This document shows, piece by piece, positions 17,285 to 26,332 of a stretch of DNA of 64,000 nt (the stretch's first letter is position 1; every line of letters begins with the position of its first letter). This DNA is from Acidimicrobiales bacterium (GTDB lineage: Bacteria > Actinomycetota > Acidimicrobiia > Acidimicrobiales > Bog-793), in contig JBEKEM010000004.1 of the NCBI GenBank assembly GCA_050013835.1, forward strand, positions 101,569 through 165,568, given 5' to 3'. The position numbers and the translations under genes are program-made. The notes under the pieces are model-generated. The model worked only from the letters and a program-made list of their open reading frames with translations. It was not told where the DNA came from and searched no databases.

Positions 17285-17332
17285 TCCCGCTCTGTTCCCT
17301 TCGTCTCACGCCAGGCGGATGCCTGCTCCGTC

Positions 17333-18190
17333 TTAGGGTCGCCAGGCGACGCCGAGGCGGGCGAGCACGCCGACGAGCACGCTCGGGCGGTCGCTCATGA
17401 TCCCGTCGACGCCGAGGTCGCAGAGCCGCTCCATCTCGCCCGGCTCGTCGACCGTCCAGACGTGCACCGCGAGGCCGAGCGCGTGCGCCTTCTCGACGAA
17501 GCGCGCGGTGACGACCTTGACGCCCCGGAAACGCGCCGGCGCCTGGATGGCGGCGTGCCGCGCGAGGGACGGGTCCGGCGCCTTGTGGCGCGCGACCGCC
17601 AAGGTGAAGCGCACAAGGGCGTTCTGGCCGAGCGACGTCGGAATGTGCGGCGCGTGGGCGGAGAACCGCTCGATCGCCTCGTCGACGAACGACGCCACGA
17701 TGACGTCGTCCCGCCTGTCGTGGGCGGCGAGCGTCCGGGCGAGCGCCTCCTCGTAGGGCGCGACAGCGGGCGCCGTCTGCTTGATATCGAGGTTCACGAG
17801 GATGCCGGCCGTCATCTCCAGCACCTCGTCGAGTGTCGCTACGCCGAACCGCCGGTCGGCGGGCGCCATGCCACGGAAGGCGTACTGCTCGGCAGGGCGG
17901 TCGCGCACCGTGGCCTCGCCGGGGACGAACCAGTAGGCGTTGTCGAGGCGCCTGATCTCGGCGAGCGTGGTCGTCGCGATCGCCCCCGAGCCGTTCGTCG
18001 TCCGGTCGAGCGTCAGGTCGTGGCCGACGACGAGCTCGCCGTCCGCGGTGGCGTGGACGTCGAGCTCGATCCCCGTCACCCCCAACGCAAGGGCCCGCTC
18101 GATCGCCCAGAGCGTCGAGGACGGCGCCTCCTTCTCGCCAGCCTGGTGGGCGTAGGCGAGCACGCGCCGCTCGAGCCACGGGTTCGCCAC
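17333..18190 (-). CDS. Glycerophosphodiester phosphodiesterase family protein
   Basis: The GDPD motifs YAHQAGEKEAPSSTLWA, GIELDVHATADGELVVGHD and VHVWTVD are present. Confidence 0.85.
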   Translation of the reverse strand: MANPWLERRVLAYAHQAGEKEAPSSTLWAIERALALGVTGIELDVHATADGELVVGHDLTLDRTTNGSGAIATTTLAEIRRLDNAYWFVPGEATVRDRPAEQYAFRGMAPADRRFGVATLDEVLEMTAGILVNLDIKQTAPAVAPYEEALARTLAAHDRRDDVIVASFVDEAIERFSAHAPHIPTSLGQNALVRFTLAVARHKAPDPSLARHAAIQAPARFRGVKVVTARFVEKAHALGLAVHVWTVDEPGEMERLCDLGVDGIMSDRPSVLVGVLARLGVAWRP

Positions 18191-18598
18191 GCCTGAGTTC
18201 TAGCCGAAGCGCGATCTGGGGTCGCCGCGCCCGCGCCTGCACGCGCGCCTCGAGCGGGAGATACGGTCCCTTCGACGAGGAGGGATTCGCCACCGCCACG
18301 CTCCCGGACGGGTCGGGAGCGTGCGCACCGGTCGGGACGGTCCCCGATTGGGCCGTCCACCTCGACTCTGGCGTCGTCGGTTCGCTTTCCGAAACGCCGT
18401 GGGAGGAGTAGGGCTACCCAGCACTGAGAGCGCCGCGGTCTGCGTGGTCGCCTCGTCCCGGCCGACCTCGTCTCTCGTGCCACCCGCCCGTCCCCGCCGC
18501 CGTGATCGGTGGCGCCACAACTCGTCGCGGCCACCCAAGGAAATCCCGACTCGCGCGATTGGCGAGACGGTAGCGTCGCGCGCCGTGGAAACGGCCCG

Positions 18599-19420
18599 AT
18601 GACGCTCGACCCGTACGACCTCGCCGAATGGGCGGCGGAGGTGCTCACCCGCAGGCTCGGCCGCGAACCGCACGCCGCCGCGGTGGTCCTCGGCTCAGGT
18701 TGGCAGGGCGCCGCCGATCAGCTCGGGACGACGAGGATCGAGATCCCGACCCGGGAACTCCCGGCGTTCTCCCAGCCGACGGTCGCAGGCCATGACGGGC
18801 TGATCCGTTCCGTCGACATCGACGGGCGACTCGCCCTCGTCCTGCTCGGCCGGGTCCACCTCTACGAGGGGCGCTCCGCCGCCGAGGTCGTCCACCCGGT
18901 GCGCGTCGCCGTGCTCGCCGGCTGCCCGGTCGTCGTCCTCACGAACGCGGCCGGCGGGATCGACCCGGCGATGAACCCGGGCCAGACGGTGCTCATCCGT
19001 GACCAGATCAACCTCACCGGCACCTCGCCGCTCGCCGGGCCACCGCCGCCCCGCCAGTACGCCCCGCGTTTCGTCGACTGCACGGGGCTGTACCCGGCGA
19101 GGCTGCGTGACCTCGCCCGCGAGATCGACCCCTCGCTCACCGAAGGCGTCTACGCCGGCCTCGCCGGTCCCCAGTACGAGACGCCCGCCGAAATCGCGAT
19201 GCTCCATCGCGCCGGGGCGCAGCTCGTCGGGATGTCGACGACGCTCGAGGCGGTCGCGGCCAAGCACCTCGGCGCGGGGGTGCTCGGCGTCTCGCTCGTC
19301 ACGAATCACGCCGCCGGCGTCGCCCCCGCGCCGATCGACCACACCGAGGTGCTCAAGGCCGGTGCCGCCGCCGTCCCGGGTCTCGCTCGCCTGATCGCCG
19401 GGTTCGTCCGGCGGCTGTGA
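18599..19420 (+). CDS. punA: Purine nucleoside phosphorylase (trimeric PNP/PunA type)
   Basis: From the internal ATG the sequence reads MTLDPYDLAEWAAEVL. It also shows GSGWQGAADQLG, GHDGLIRSV..GRVHLYEGRS and MSTTLEAVAAKHLG. The start is chosen by homology length. Confidence 0.85.
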   Translation: MTLDPYDLAEWAAEVLTRRLGREPHAAAVVLGSGWQGAADQLGTTRIEIPTRELPAFSQPTVAGHDGLIRSVDIDGRLALVLLGRVHLYEGRSAAEVVHPVRVAVLAGCPVVVLTNAAGGIDPAMNPGQTVLIRDQINLTGTSPLAGPPPPRQYAPRFVDCTGLYPARLRDLAREIDPSLTEGVYAGLAGPQYETPAEIAMLHRAGAQLVGMSTTLEAVAAKHLGAGVLGVSLVTNHAAGVAPAPIDHTEVLKAGAAAVPGLARLIAGFVRRL

Positions 19421-21138
19421 CCGCCCCGGCCGGCCGCGGGACGCCGCCGCCGATCCCTTCCGACTTCGCAGCAGTGGTCCAGGCCTGGATCGCCCGCGAC
19501 CCTGATCGGGCGACGCGGGCCGAGCTCGAGACGCTGCTCGCGGCGGGGGAAGAAGCAGAACTGCACGCCCGCTTCGACCACCCTCTCGGGTTCGGCACCG
19601 CCGGTCTGCGCGGTGAACTTGGGTCGGGACCAGGTCGGATGAACCGTGCCGTCGTGCGGCAGACGACGGCGGGGGTCGCTGCCTGGATCGCGCAACGGGG
19701 TGACGCGGCCCGCGAGGCGGGCCTCGTCGTGGGCTTCGACGCCCGCCACGGATCGGCCACATTCGCCGCCGACACCGCCGCCGTCGCCGCCGGGGCCGGC
19801 GTGCGGGTCCGTCTTCTCGGGCGGCCACTCCCCACCCCGATCACCGCCTTCGCGGTACGCCACCTCCGCGCGGCCGCCGGCGTCATGATCACCGCGAGCC
19901 ACAACCCGTCGGCCGACAACGGCTACAAGGCGTACGCGGCCGACGGCGCACAGGTCATCCCGCCCGACGACGGGCGAATCGCCGTCTTCGCCACCGCGCT
20001 CGGCCCACCGCCCGAGGCGGAACCCTCGCTTGCGGCACACGCTCGGGTCGAGCACCTCGATGACGCGCCGTTGCTTGACGCCTACACCGAGACGGCGACC
20101 CGTGTCCTGGACCCCGCTGGCGCCCGCGAACTGCGCGTCGTGTACACGCCGCTTCACGGCGTCGGGGGTGCCGTCCTGCCGGACCTCTTCATCGCCGCGG
20201 GCTTCGCTCCCCTCGTGCCCGTCGTCAGCCAGGCTGAACCCGATCCGGACTTCCCGACCGCCCCCTTCCCGAATCCCGAGGAGCCGGGCGCCCTCGATCT
20301 CGCCATCGCCACCGCGCGAAGCGTCGCGGCCGACGTCGTGCTAGCGAACGATCCGGACGCCGACCGCCTGGCAGTCGCCTTCGCGGACGGTGCGGGCGGG
20401 TTCCGGATGCTCACCGGGGACGAGCTCGGCGCCCTCCTCGCGGACTACCTGCTCACCCGGACCCGGGGCGCGGACCGCCTCGTCGCGACGACGATCGTCT
20501 CGTCGTCGCTCCTCTCCTCGCTTGCCGCCGAGGCGGGCGTCGACTACGCCGAGACGCTCCCCGGCTTCAAGTGGATCGCCCGCGCGGCTCTTTCCCGGCC
20601 CGGTCGTCGCCTCCTCTTCGGCTACGAAGAGGCCCTCGGCTACGCCGTCGGCGACGCCGTCGCCGACAAGGACGGGCTGTCGGCCGCCCTCGTCGCCGCC
20701 GAGCTCGCCGCGGCCGAGAAGGCGGCCGGCCGCACCCTCGGCGACCGCCTCGACGACCTGGCCCGCCGCTTCGGTGTCCACCTGACTGCGCAGGTCTCGC
20801 TGCGGGGGCGTCACGAGACGGCGATCGCCGAGTTCGCGGCGGTGATGGAGCGCCTGCGCAGCCGCCCGCCGGCCGAGATCGCCGGTCTCGCCGTGACCGA
20901 GGTCGTCGACTACCTCGCAGGCGGAGGTGGGCTCCCGCCGGCGGACGTGCTCACCTGGCGGCTGGGGAAGGCGGCCCGGGTGGTCGTGCGCCCGAGCGGG
21001 ACCGAACCGAAGCTCAAGGCGTACCTCGAGGCCGTGACCGAGCCGCCGGGCCGGTCCGGGCTCGCCGCGGCGCGCAACCGCGCGGGCGCACTGCTCACCG
21101 CGCTGCGCCGGGCCGTCAGCGAGCTGCTGGCGGGATGA
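19417..21138 (+). CDS. Phospho-sugar mutase (PmmB/phosphopentomutase-like, alpha-D-phosphohexomutase family)
   Basis: The active-site loop MITASHNPSADNGYK is present. The start overlaps the PNP stop. The position next to PNP matches the actinobacterial deoD-pmmB arrangement. Confidence 0.85.
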   Translation: MTAPAGRGTPPPIPSDFAAVVQAWIARDPDRATRAELETLLAAGEEAELHARFDHPLGFGTAGLRGELGSGPGRMNRAVVRQTTAGVAAWIAQRGDAAREAGLVVGFDARHGSATFAADTAAVAAGAGVRVRLLGRPLPTPITAFAVRHLRAAAGVMITASHNPSADNGYKAYAADGAQVIPPDDGRIAVFATALGPPPEAEPSLAAHARVEHLDDAPLLDAYTETATRVLDPAGARELRVVYTPLHGVGGAVLPDLFIAAGFAPLVPVVSQAEPDPDFPTAPFPNPEEPGALDLAIATARSVAADVVLANDPDADRLAVAFADGAGGFRMLTGDELGALLADYLLTRTRGADRLVATTIVSSSLLSSLAAEAGVDYAETLPGFKWIARAALSRPGRRLLFGYEEALGYAVGDAVADKDGLSAALVAAELAAAEKAAGRTLGDRLDDLARRFGVHLTAQVSLRGRHETAIAEFAAVMERLRSRPPAEIAGLAVTEVVDYLAGGGGLPPADVLTWRLGKAARVVVRPSGTEPKLKAYLEAVTEPPGRSGLAAARNRAGALLTALRRAVSELLAG

Positions 21139-21150
21139 GGAGCGCCTCTT

Positions 21151-22269
21151 TCAGCTCCGGTCCTCGGATTCCGAGGACCGGCCGAGCACCTTCGCGAAGC
21201 CGGGTTTGATCATCGTTTCGATGATGACGAGCCGGTCGTCGAAGGGATAGAAGGCACTCTTCATCGCGTTGATCGCCAGCCAGCTGAGCGTGTCCCAGCC
21301 CCACCCGAAGGCGGCGGCGCACGCCGCCAGCTCCGAGGAGAGCGTCAACCCGCTCATCAGTCGGTTGTCGGTGTTGACCGTCACCCGGAAGTGGAGGTCG
21401 CGCAGCAGGCCAATCGGGTGGTCGGCGAGCTCGGCGACGACGCCGGTGTGCACGTTCGAGGTCGGGCAGAGCTCCAGGGGAACGCGGGTGTCGCGGATGT
21501 AGCTCGCGAGACGGCCGAGCGTCACCTCGCCGTCGGGGCCGACCGTGATGTCGTCAACAATCCGCACCCCGTGGCCGAGACGCTCGGCGTTGCACCACTG
21601 GAGCGCCTGCCAGATCGACGGAAGGCCGAAGGCCTCCCCGGCGTGCAGGGTCGCGTGGAAGTTCTCCCGCTGCACGAGCTGGAAAGCGTCGAGGTGCTGG
21701 GTCGGTGGATACCCGGCTTCGGCCCCCGCGACGTCGAACCCGGCGACGCCGGCGCCGCGGTAGCGCACGGCGAGCTCGGCGATCTCCAGTGAACGCGCCG
21801 CGGTCCGCATCGCGGTGAGCAGCGCCCGGACGACGATCGGCCGGCGCGCCTTCGCCGCGACGGCCATGCCGGCCCGGAAGCCCGCGAGGACCGACTCCAC
21901 GACCTCGACGAGCTGGAGCCCTCTCTCCGTGTGGAGCTCGGGCGCGAACCGCACCTCGGCGTAGACGACGCCGTCGGCGGCGAGGTCCTCGACACATTCG
22001 AAGGCAACCCGCTCGAGCGCGTCCTTGTGCTGCATGACGCCCACGGTGTGCGCGAAACCCTCGAGGAAACGCACGAGATCCCGCCGGGGCTCGGCGACGG
22101 CGAAGAAGCGGGCGAGCTCGACGGGATCGGTCGTCGGCAGACCGTGGTAGCCGTACTCCGCGGCGAGCTCGACGAGCGTCGCCGGACGGAGCCCGCCGTC
22201 GAGGTGGTCGTGCAACAGGACCTTCGGGGACCGGGCTATCCCATCGAGCGTGGGAACCGTGTCCGACAT
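21151..22269 (-). CDS. add: Adenosine deaminase
   Basis: PKVLLHDHLDGGLRPATLVELA, HAGE and the TVNTDN motifs are present in a 372-aa ORF. Confidence 0.9.
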   Translation of the reverse strand: MSDTVPTLDGIARSPKVLLHDHLDGGLRPATLVELAAEYGYHGLPTTDPVELARFFAVAEPRRDLVRFLEGFAHTVGVMQHKDALERVAFECVEDLAADGVVYAEVRFAPELHTERGLQLVEVVESVLAGFRAGMAVAAKARRPIVVRALLTAMRTAARSLEIAELAVRYRGAGVAGFDVAGAEAGYPPTQHLDAFQLVQRENFHATLHAGEAFGLPSIWQALQWCNAERLGHGVRIVDDITVGPDGEVTLGRLASYIRDTRVPLELCPTSNVHTGVVAELADHPIGLLRDLHFRVTVNTDNRLMSGLTLSSELAACAAAFGWGWDTLSWLAINAMKSAFYPFDDRLVIIETMIKPGFAKVLGRSSESEDRS

Positions 22270-23023
22270 TGGCAGTCAGGGGCGCGGTGCTCGCGTGGCG
22301 AGCCCGGTTCCCCATCCCCCTTTCCATCCGCACGCGGGGTTTTTCCGCCTGCGGAGTGTCGACGGTGTCGTTGGCACGGCAAGGTCATCTCCCGCGTACC
22401 GCCGCATCACCGCCACCCGCCAGCAGTCGCCCCGGCTGGCTGCGTACACGGCGACACGACGGCGCCAGGGCGACCTGTTCCGTGCCCATAGCCGGCTCTC
22501 GGGGTGTGTGGCACGTGAACTGCGGGCATGCGCCCGTCAGGGAGGTTGGACCAGGCGGTCCTGGTCATGTGCTTGCACCTGCCTGCCCGGCCAGCGTGAC
22601 CGGAGTCGGGGCCCGTCCCTCCGGATGCGTTGTGGTGCACCTCCATCCACGCCACGACGACCCCGTCGGACTCCCGCTTGCCTCCGCTCGATTTCACCAC
22701 CGGCTCATACGAGCGATCCTTGCTGGCGAGGCTGGGGAGACGGGTCCTTCCGGTCCCGTGACCAGGCCATGCGTGCGCACCACCCTCGCGATCCCGGAAG
22801 GACCCAAACGGGAGCGTCTCCTGATCCTGCCAGTCGGTCGGAGAAGGGCCCTCGACGTGACGCGTGCGGCTCTGCTCTCGGTTTGTCCCAGTGACGAGAC
22901 TGCAGGGTGCGCTTGATGCTGCGGCTCGCACGCTTGCTCCGCCCCGGAGAAGGCGATTGACGCCCCGCCAAGCCCGCCGGACCTCGCCGACGGACCGGAG
23001 CCTGCTACCGGGCTCTCGGGCGA

Positions 23024-23473
23024 TCACCCAGGCGGGAATGGCACCCGCAGGTCTGGTCCAGCTTGCAGGACGCACCATGGCCAGACGCTAGTGGCCGACC
23101 GGGTCGTCATCGCCGCCAAACCTCCGGACTGGCGGCGCAGCTCGGTGAGCCGGCACAGCACCAAGGGCACGGGGTCGGGCGGCAACTCGGCGATGGCGAC
23201 ACCGCCGGTGAGCGCCTCGCGGGCCCTGCCGATCCGCTCGGCACCGTCGCCGTGCAACTCGAGGATCACCTGCCCCGTTTTGTCCGCCTCGCCTGGCCTG
23301 ATACGGCGGCCAGCCTCCGCCGAAGCACTCGCCGGGTCTTTCTTACGGGTCCGGCCGGCGCCGAGCCGGGCGCTCGGCCAGCGGATCTCGGCATCGGTGA
23401 GCGACTGCCCGTCTCGCTTCGCGCGAACGAGGTCGACGACATCGATGCCGGAGGCGTCACCCCTAGCCGTCAC
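23024..23473 (-). pseudogene. deoA: Thymidine phosphorylase remnant (in-frame internal deletion of ~320 codons)
   Basis: The N-terminus GIDVVDLVRAKRDGQSLTDAEIRW is joined directly (about 23370-23380) to the C-terminal segment ARLGAGRTRK...GQVILELHGDGAERIGRAREALTGGVAIAELPPDPVPLVLCRLTE. The whole catalytic core (HSTGGVGDK, SGRGLGHTGGT, SIMSKK) is missing. About 38 non-homologous codons precede the stop. Confidence 0.75.
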
Positions 23474-23906
23474 GCGCCGCGTGGGTCGACGGGACGTCCT
23501 CGGGACGGCGCCACGCGGCGGGCAGTAGGTCCCGCAGCAGGACCGGCGCCGCCCCTTCGCCCTGGTCGAGCAGGAGCCCGACGCTGCCGTGCTCAACGAG
23601 GAGCTGGCGGCAGCGCCCGCAAGGCATGAGCGGCCGGCCGTCGTGGGAGACGACGCTGACGGCGACAAGATCCACCGACCCCCCCGCGACGAAGCTCGAG
23701 ATGAGGCCGCACTCGGCGCAGAGCGTGAGGCCGTAGGAGGCGTTCTCGACGTTGCAGCCGACGAAGACCCGGCCATCCGGCGCGAGACCCGCCGCACCGA
23801 CGTGCAACCCCGAATAGGGCGCGTACGCGTTGTGCGCCGCGTGCGCCGCCCGCGCGCGTAGCTCGTTCCAGTCGATCTCCATCTTTGCGATTCGCTGACT
23901 CCGCAT
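23463..23906 (-). CDS. cdd: Cytidine deaminase
   Basis: The zinc motifs CAECGLIS and PCGRCRQLL are present. The ATG at 23906 is preceded by gagggggaa (SD). An alternative ATG at 23882 or the track start at 23999 is possible. Confidence 0.85.
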   Translation of the reverse strand: MRSQRIAKMEIDWNELRARAAHAAHNAYAPYSGLHVGAAGLAPDGRVFVGCNVENASYGLTLCAECGLISSFVAGGSVDLVAVSVVSHDGRPLMPCGRCRQLLVEHGSVGLLLDQGEGAAPVLLRDLLPAAWRRPEDVPSTHAARDG

Positions 23907-24041
23907 CCCCGATTCCCCCTCGCGGGCGGACACTACACTTCCCGGCGCGAAGAAGTTGCCACCGATCGCCAATTCTGCCTCGGGGATCGCTTCCGCCAAG
24001 CCCGCGCCGCGGACGTGACGTCGTCACGCCCGAGACCACTC

Positions 24042-24818
24042 TCATCTCCCACGGGCTGCCGAGCCCGGAAAACCTCGAAGTCGCGCGCCTCTCGAACAGA
24101 ACCTGCGGGACCAGGGCGCCAAAGTGACGGCCGTCGTCGTCGCCGGGGTCGTCGTTCCGATCACGGCGCCGAGCCACTTGGCGGTAATCCGGTCGGCGAC
24201 CGCGAGAACCTCCTTCAGCTTGTGGGTGATAAAGAGGACGGAGCGCCCGGACGCCCCGAGCGACTGCATGATCCGGGACAGCGCCTCGGTCTTCCGCGGG
24301 GTGAGCACCGAGGTCGGCTCGTCGAAGATGAGGAGTTGGGCGTTCCGCGAGAGGGCCTTCAGGAGCTCGACGCGGCGCTGGACCCCGACGGGGAGGTCCT
24401 CCACGAGCGCGTCCGGGTCAACCTCGAGGCCGAACTCCTGTCGGATCTGGCGGATCTCGGTTCTCGCCCGCTTCCGGTCGAACAGGCCGAGATGGTGCGT
24501 CGGCTCGAATCCCAGCACGACGTTCTCCGTCACGGTGAACTCCGGCACGAGCATGAAGTGCTGGCGCACCGTGCCGATGCCGTGTCGGACTGCGGCGCCC
24601 GGATCGGGGAAGCGCATGACCACCCCGTCGAGCGCGATCCCGCCCAAGTCCGGGTACATGAGCCCGAACAAGAGGTTCATCAGCGTGGTCTTGCCGGCGC
24701 CGTTCTCGGCGAGGAGCGCGTGGATCTCACCGGGTTCGGCCGCGAGGTCGACATGGTCGTCGGCCACGAGGGGACCGAATGTCTTCGTGATCGCCGACAA
24801 CTCAATCTTCACGGCCAC
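24042..24818 (-). pseudogene. Truncated nucleoside/sugar (BMP-associated) ABC transporter ATP-binding protein; first NBD only
   Basis: Walker A ENGAGKTT, signature-like LPVGVQRRVELLKAL, Walker B LLIFDEPTSVL and the H-loop FITHKL are intact. Homology ends near ...GAVIGTTTPATTTAVTLA (about 24125). Family members normally continue into a second NBD, to ~500 aa total. Confidence 0.6.
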
Positions 24819-24942
24819 CTCGAGCTTGCGGTAGGAGACCGGGCACGCTCGCCGGGCCGCCTGCCCGAGATGTCGTCAATTGCGTCGGTCCGTAACGGCC
24901 CGGGTCCGGCAACCGTACCCGGGCTGTGACCCGGGGAGCTGG

Positions 24943-26085
24943 CTAGCTCGCCGGGTAGGAGTTCGGGTCGATCGAGATCGTCCCGGCCTCGATCAGCGAC
25001 TTGATCGTGTTGAGCCCGTTCCGCAGGGCCTTCGGGATCACCTTGGCGAAGAGGTGGTACGGCGACAGCGCGACGCCACCGTTCGCCAGCGTCCCGAAGT
25101 AGTTGCCGCCACTGAACTTGCCGTGGTCCGCTGAAAGGGCCACGTCCTCCACCGACTTGACGATCCCCTTCGTCACACTGGTGACGAAGATGCCGCAGTC
25201 GCTCGGAACGGAGATGCAGCCGTCCGTGTCGACCCACTCCATCGTGACGCCGTGGCCGTAGTCCTTCACGGCAGCTGCCGCGCCCAGACCGACCGAGCCC
25301 GCGACCGGGAAGATGACGTCCGCGCCTTGTTGGATGAGTGTTGTCGCGTCAGCCCTTCCAGCCGCCTGGTTGGTGAACGAGTTGGTGAACGTTCCGGTCC
25401 CGTCGAAGCTGCCCTTCGGGCGCTTCGGCTTCGGGGTCCAGCCAAGGGCGACCACGTGCTTGTGGTCGACCTTGTCGAAGTAGCGGACGCCCGCGACCCA
25501 ACCGTCCATGTAGATGGTGACCGTCGGAAGGTCCTCACCCCCGAAGACGCCGACCTTGCCCGTCTTGCTCATCACGGCGGCGAGGAACCCTCCGAGGAAG
25601 GCGTCCTGGTTCGTCTCGTAGAGCAGCGAGTCGATGTTCTTGATCGGCGGCGAGTAGCTGTAGTCGACGATCGCGAAGTCCTGGTCCGGGTGCGCCTTCG
25701 CCGCGGCTGCCGTGGCGTCGCCCATCGGGAAGCCGACGGTGATGACGATGCCGCAGTGCTCCCCCACGAAGGTGGCGATGCTGGGCACGTAGTCGCTCGA
25801 CGAGGTCGACGACAGGTAGCGGATCCTCATCGACGGGTCCGCCCTCTTGGCGGCCTGGAGACCCGCCCACGCCGAGGCGTTGGACGAACGGTCGTTGATT
25901 CCGCCGGTGTCGGTCACCTCACAAGCGAGGAACCCGCCCTTGTGGCTCTCCACCGCGGCAGCGCGGTGGCGCGCCGTCGTGGTCCCCGAGGCGGCGCCGG
26001 TCGAGACGACGCCCGCGACGAGTGCGAGCGCCGATACGGCGGCGAGCGCCGTAATCCCGGGCATCCGTGGGCCATGAGAAATCAC
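24943..26085 (-). CDS. BMP family ABC transporter substrate-binding protein (nucleoside-binding PnrA/Med-like)
   Basis: The GTG start 4 nt after AAGGAGG gives MISHGPRMPGITALAAVSALALVAGVV, a signal peptide. The body is BMP-like (ACEVTDTGGINDRSSNASAW, VFGGEDLPTV). An ATG at 26064 is an alternative start. Confidence 0.8.
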   Translation of the reverse strand: MISHGPRMPGITALAAVSALALVAGVVSTGAASGTTTARHRAAAVESHKGGFLACEVTDTGGINDRSSNASAWAGLQAAKRADPSMRIRYLSSTSSSDYVPSIATFVGEHCGIVITVGFPMGDATAAAAKAHPDQDFAIVDYSYSPPIKNIDSLLYETNQDAFLGGFLAAVMSKTGKVGVFGGEDLPTVTIYMDGWVAGVRYFDKVDHKHVVALGWTPKPKRPKGSFDGTGTFTNSFTNQAAGRADATTLIQQGADVIFPVAGSVGLGAAAAVKDYGHGVTMEWVDTDGCISVPSDCGIFVTSVTKGIVKSVEDVALSADHGKFSGGNYFGTLANGGVALSPYHLFAKVIPKALRNGLNTIKSLIEAGTISIDPNSYPAS

Positions 26086-26332
26086 TAGCCCTCCTTGAAC
26101 TGAGTTCACGGTTGCTTCGGCCGGCCGGGACTGATGGGCGCTCACCCGCCCGGCTGGCCCTTGGCACCCGGACCGCAGCTGGCCGCCCCATCGTTGATAC
26201 CGAACCGCTCTGACAATCGACGTCGATGACGCTACCGCCGCCCTGGCGCCGCGGCCGCGGGCATTCGCGCCCGATTCGACCACCCGCGGGACCGGCCGCG
26301 GCGACCCTGCCAGCACAGATAGCCTCTGCTCG

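Noticed and set aside
18402-18430. ggaggagtaggg and ctgagag, reminiscent of the yybP-ykoY (GGGGAGUAG) and TPP (CUGAGA) riboswitch cores.
   Set aside because: The partner elements (UUGAGACC; ACC..GAACCUGA..) are missing, and the neighbouring genes (PNP, GlpQ-like) are not typical targets.
22270-23023. Tested by eye for RNase P RNA, tmRNA, a group II intron domain V, purine and ZTP riboswitches, and leftover thymidine phosphorylase motifs.
   Set aside because: The conserved cores are absent (GAGGAAAGTCCGG, GGGGCTGA...GGTTCGA.TCC, the purine-riboswitch junctions). Only an isolated CCGCCTGG and a weak ASGGTG vs STGGVG resemblance were seen. I judged these to be chance in GC-rich sequence.
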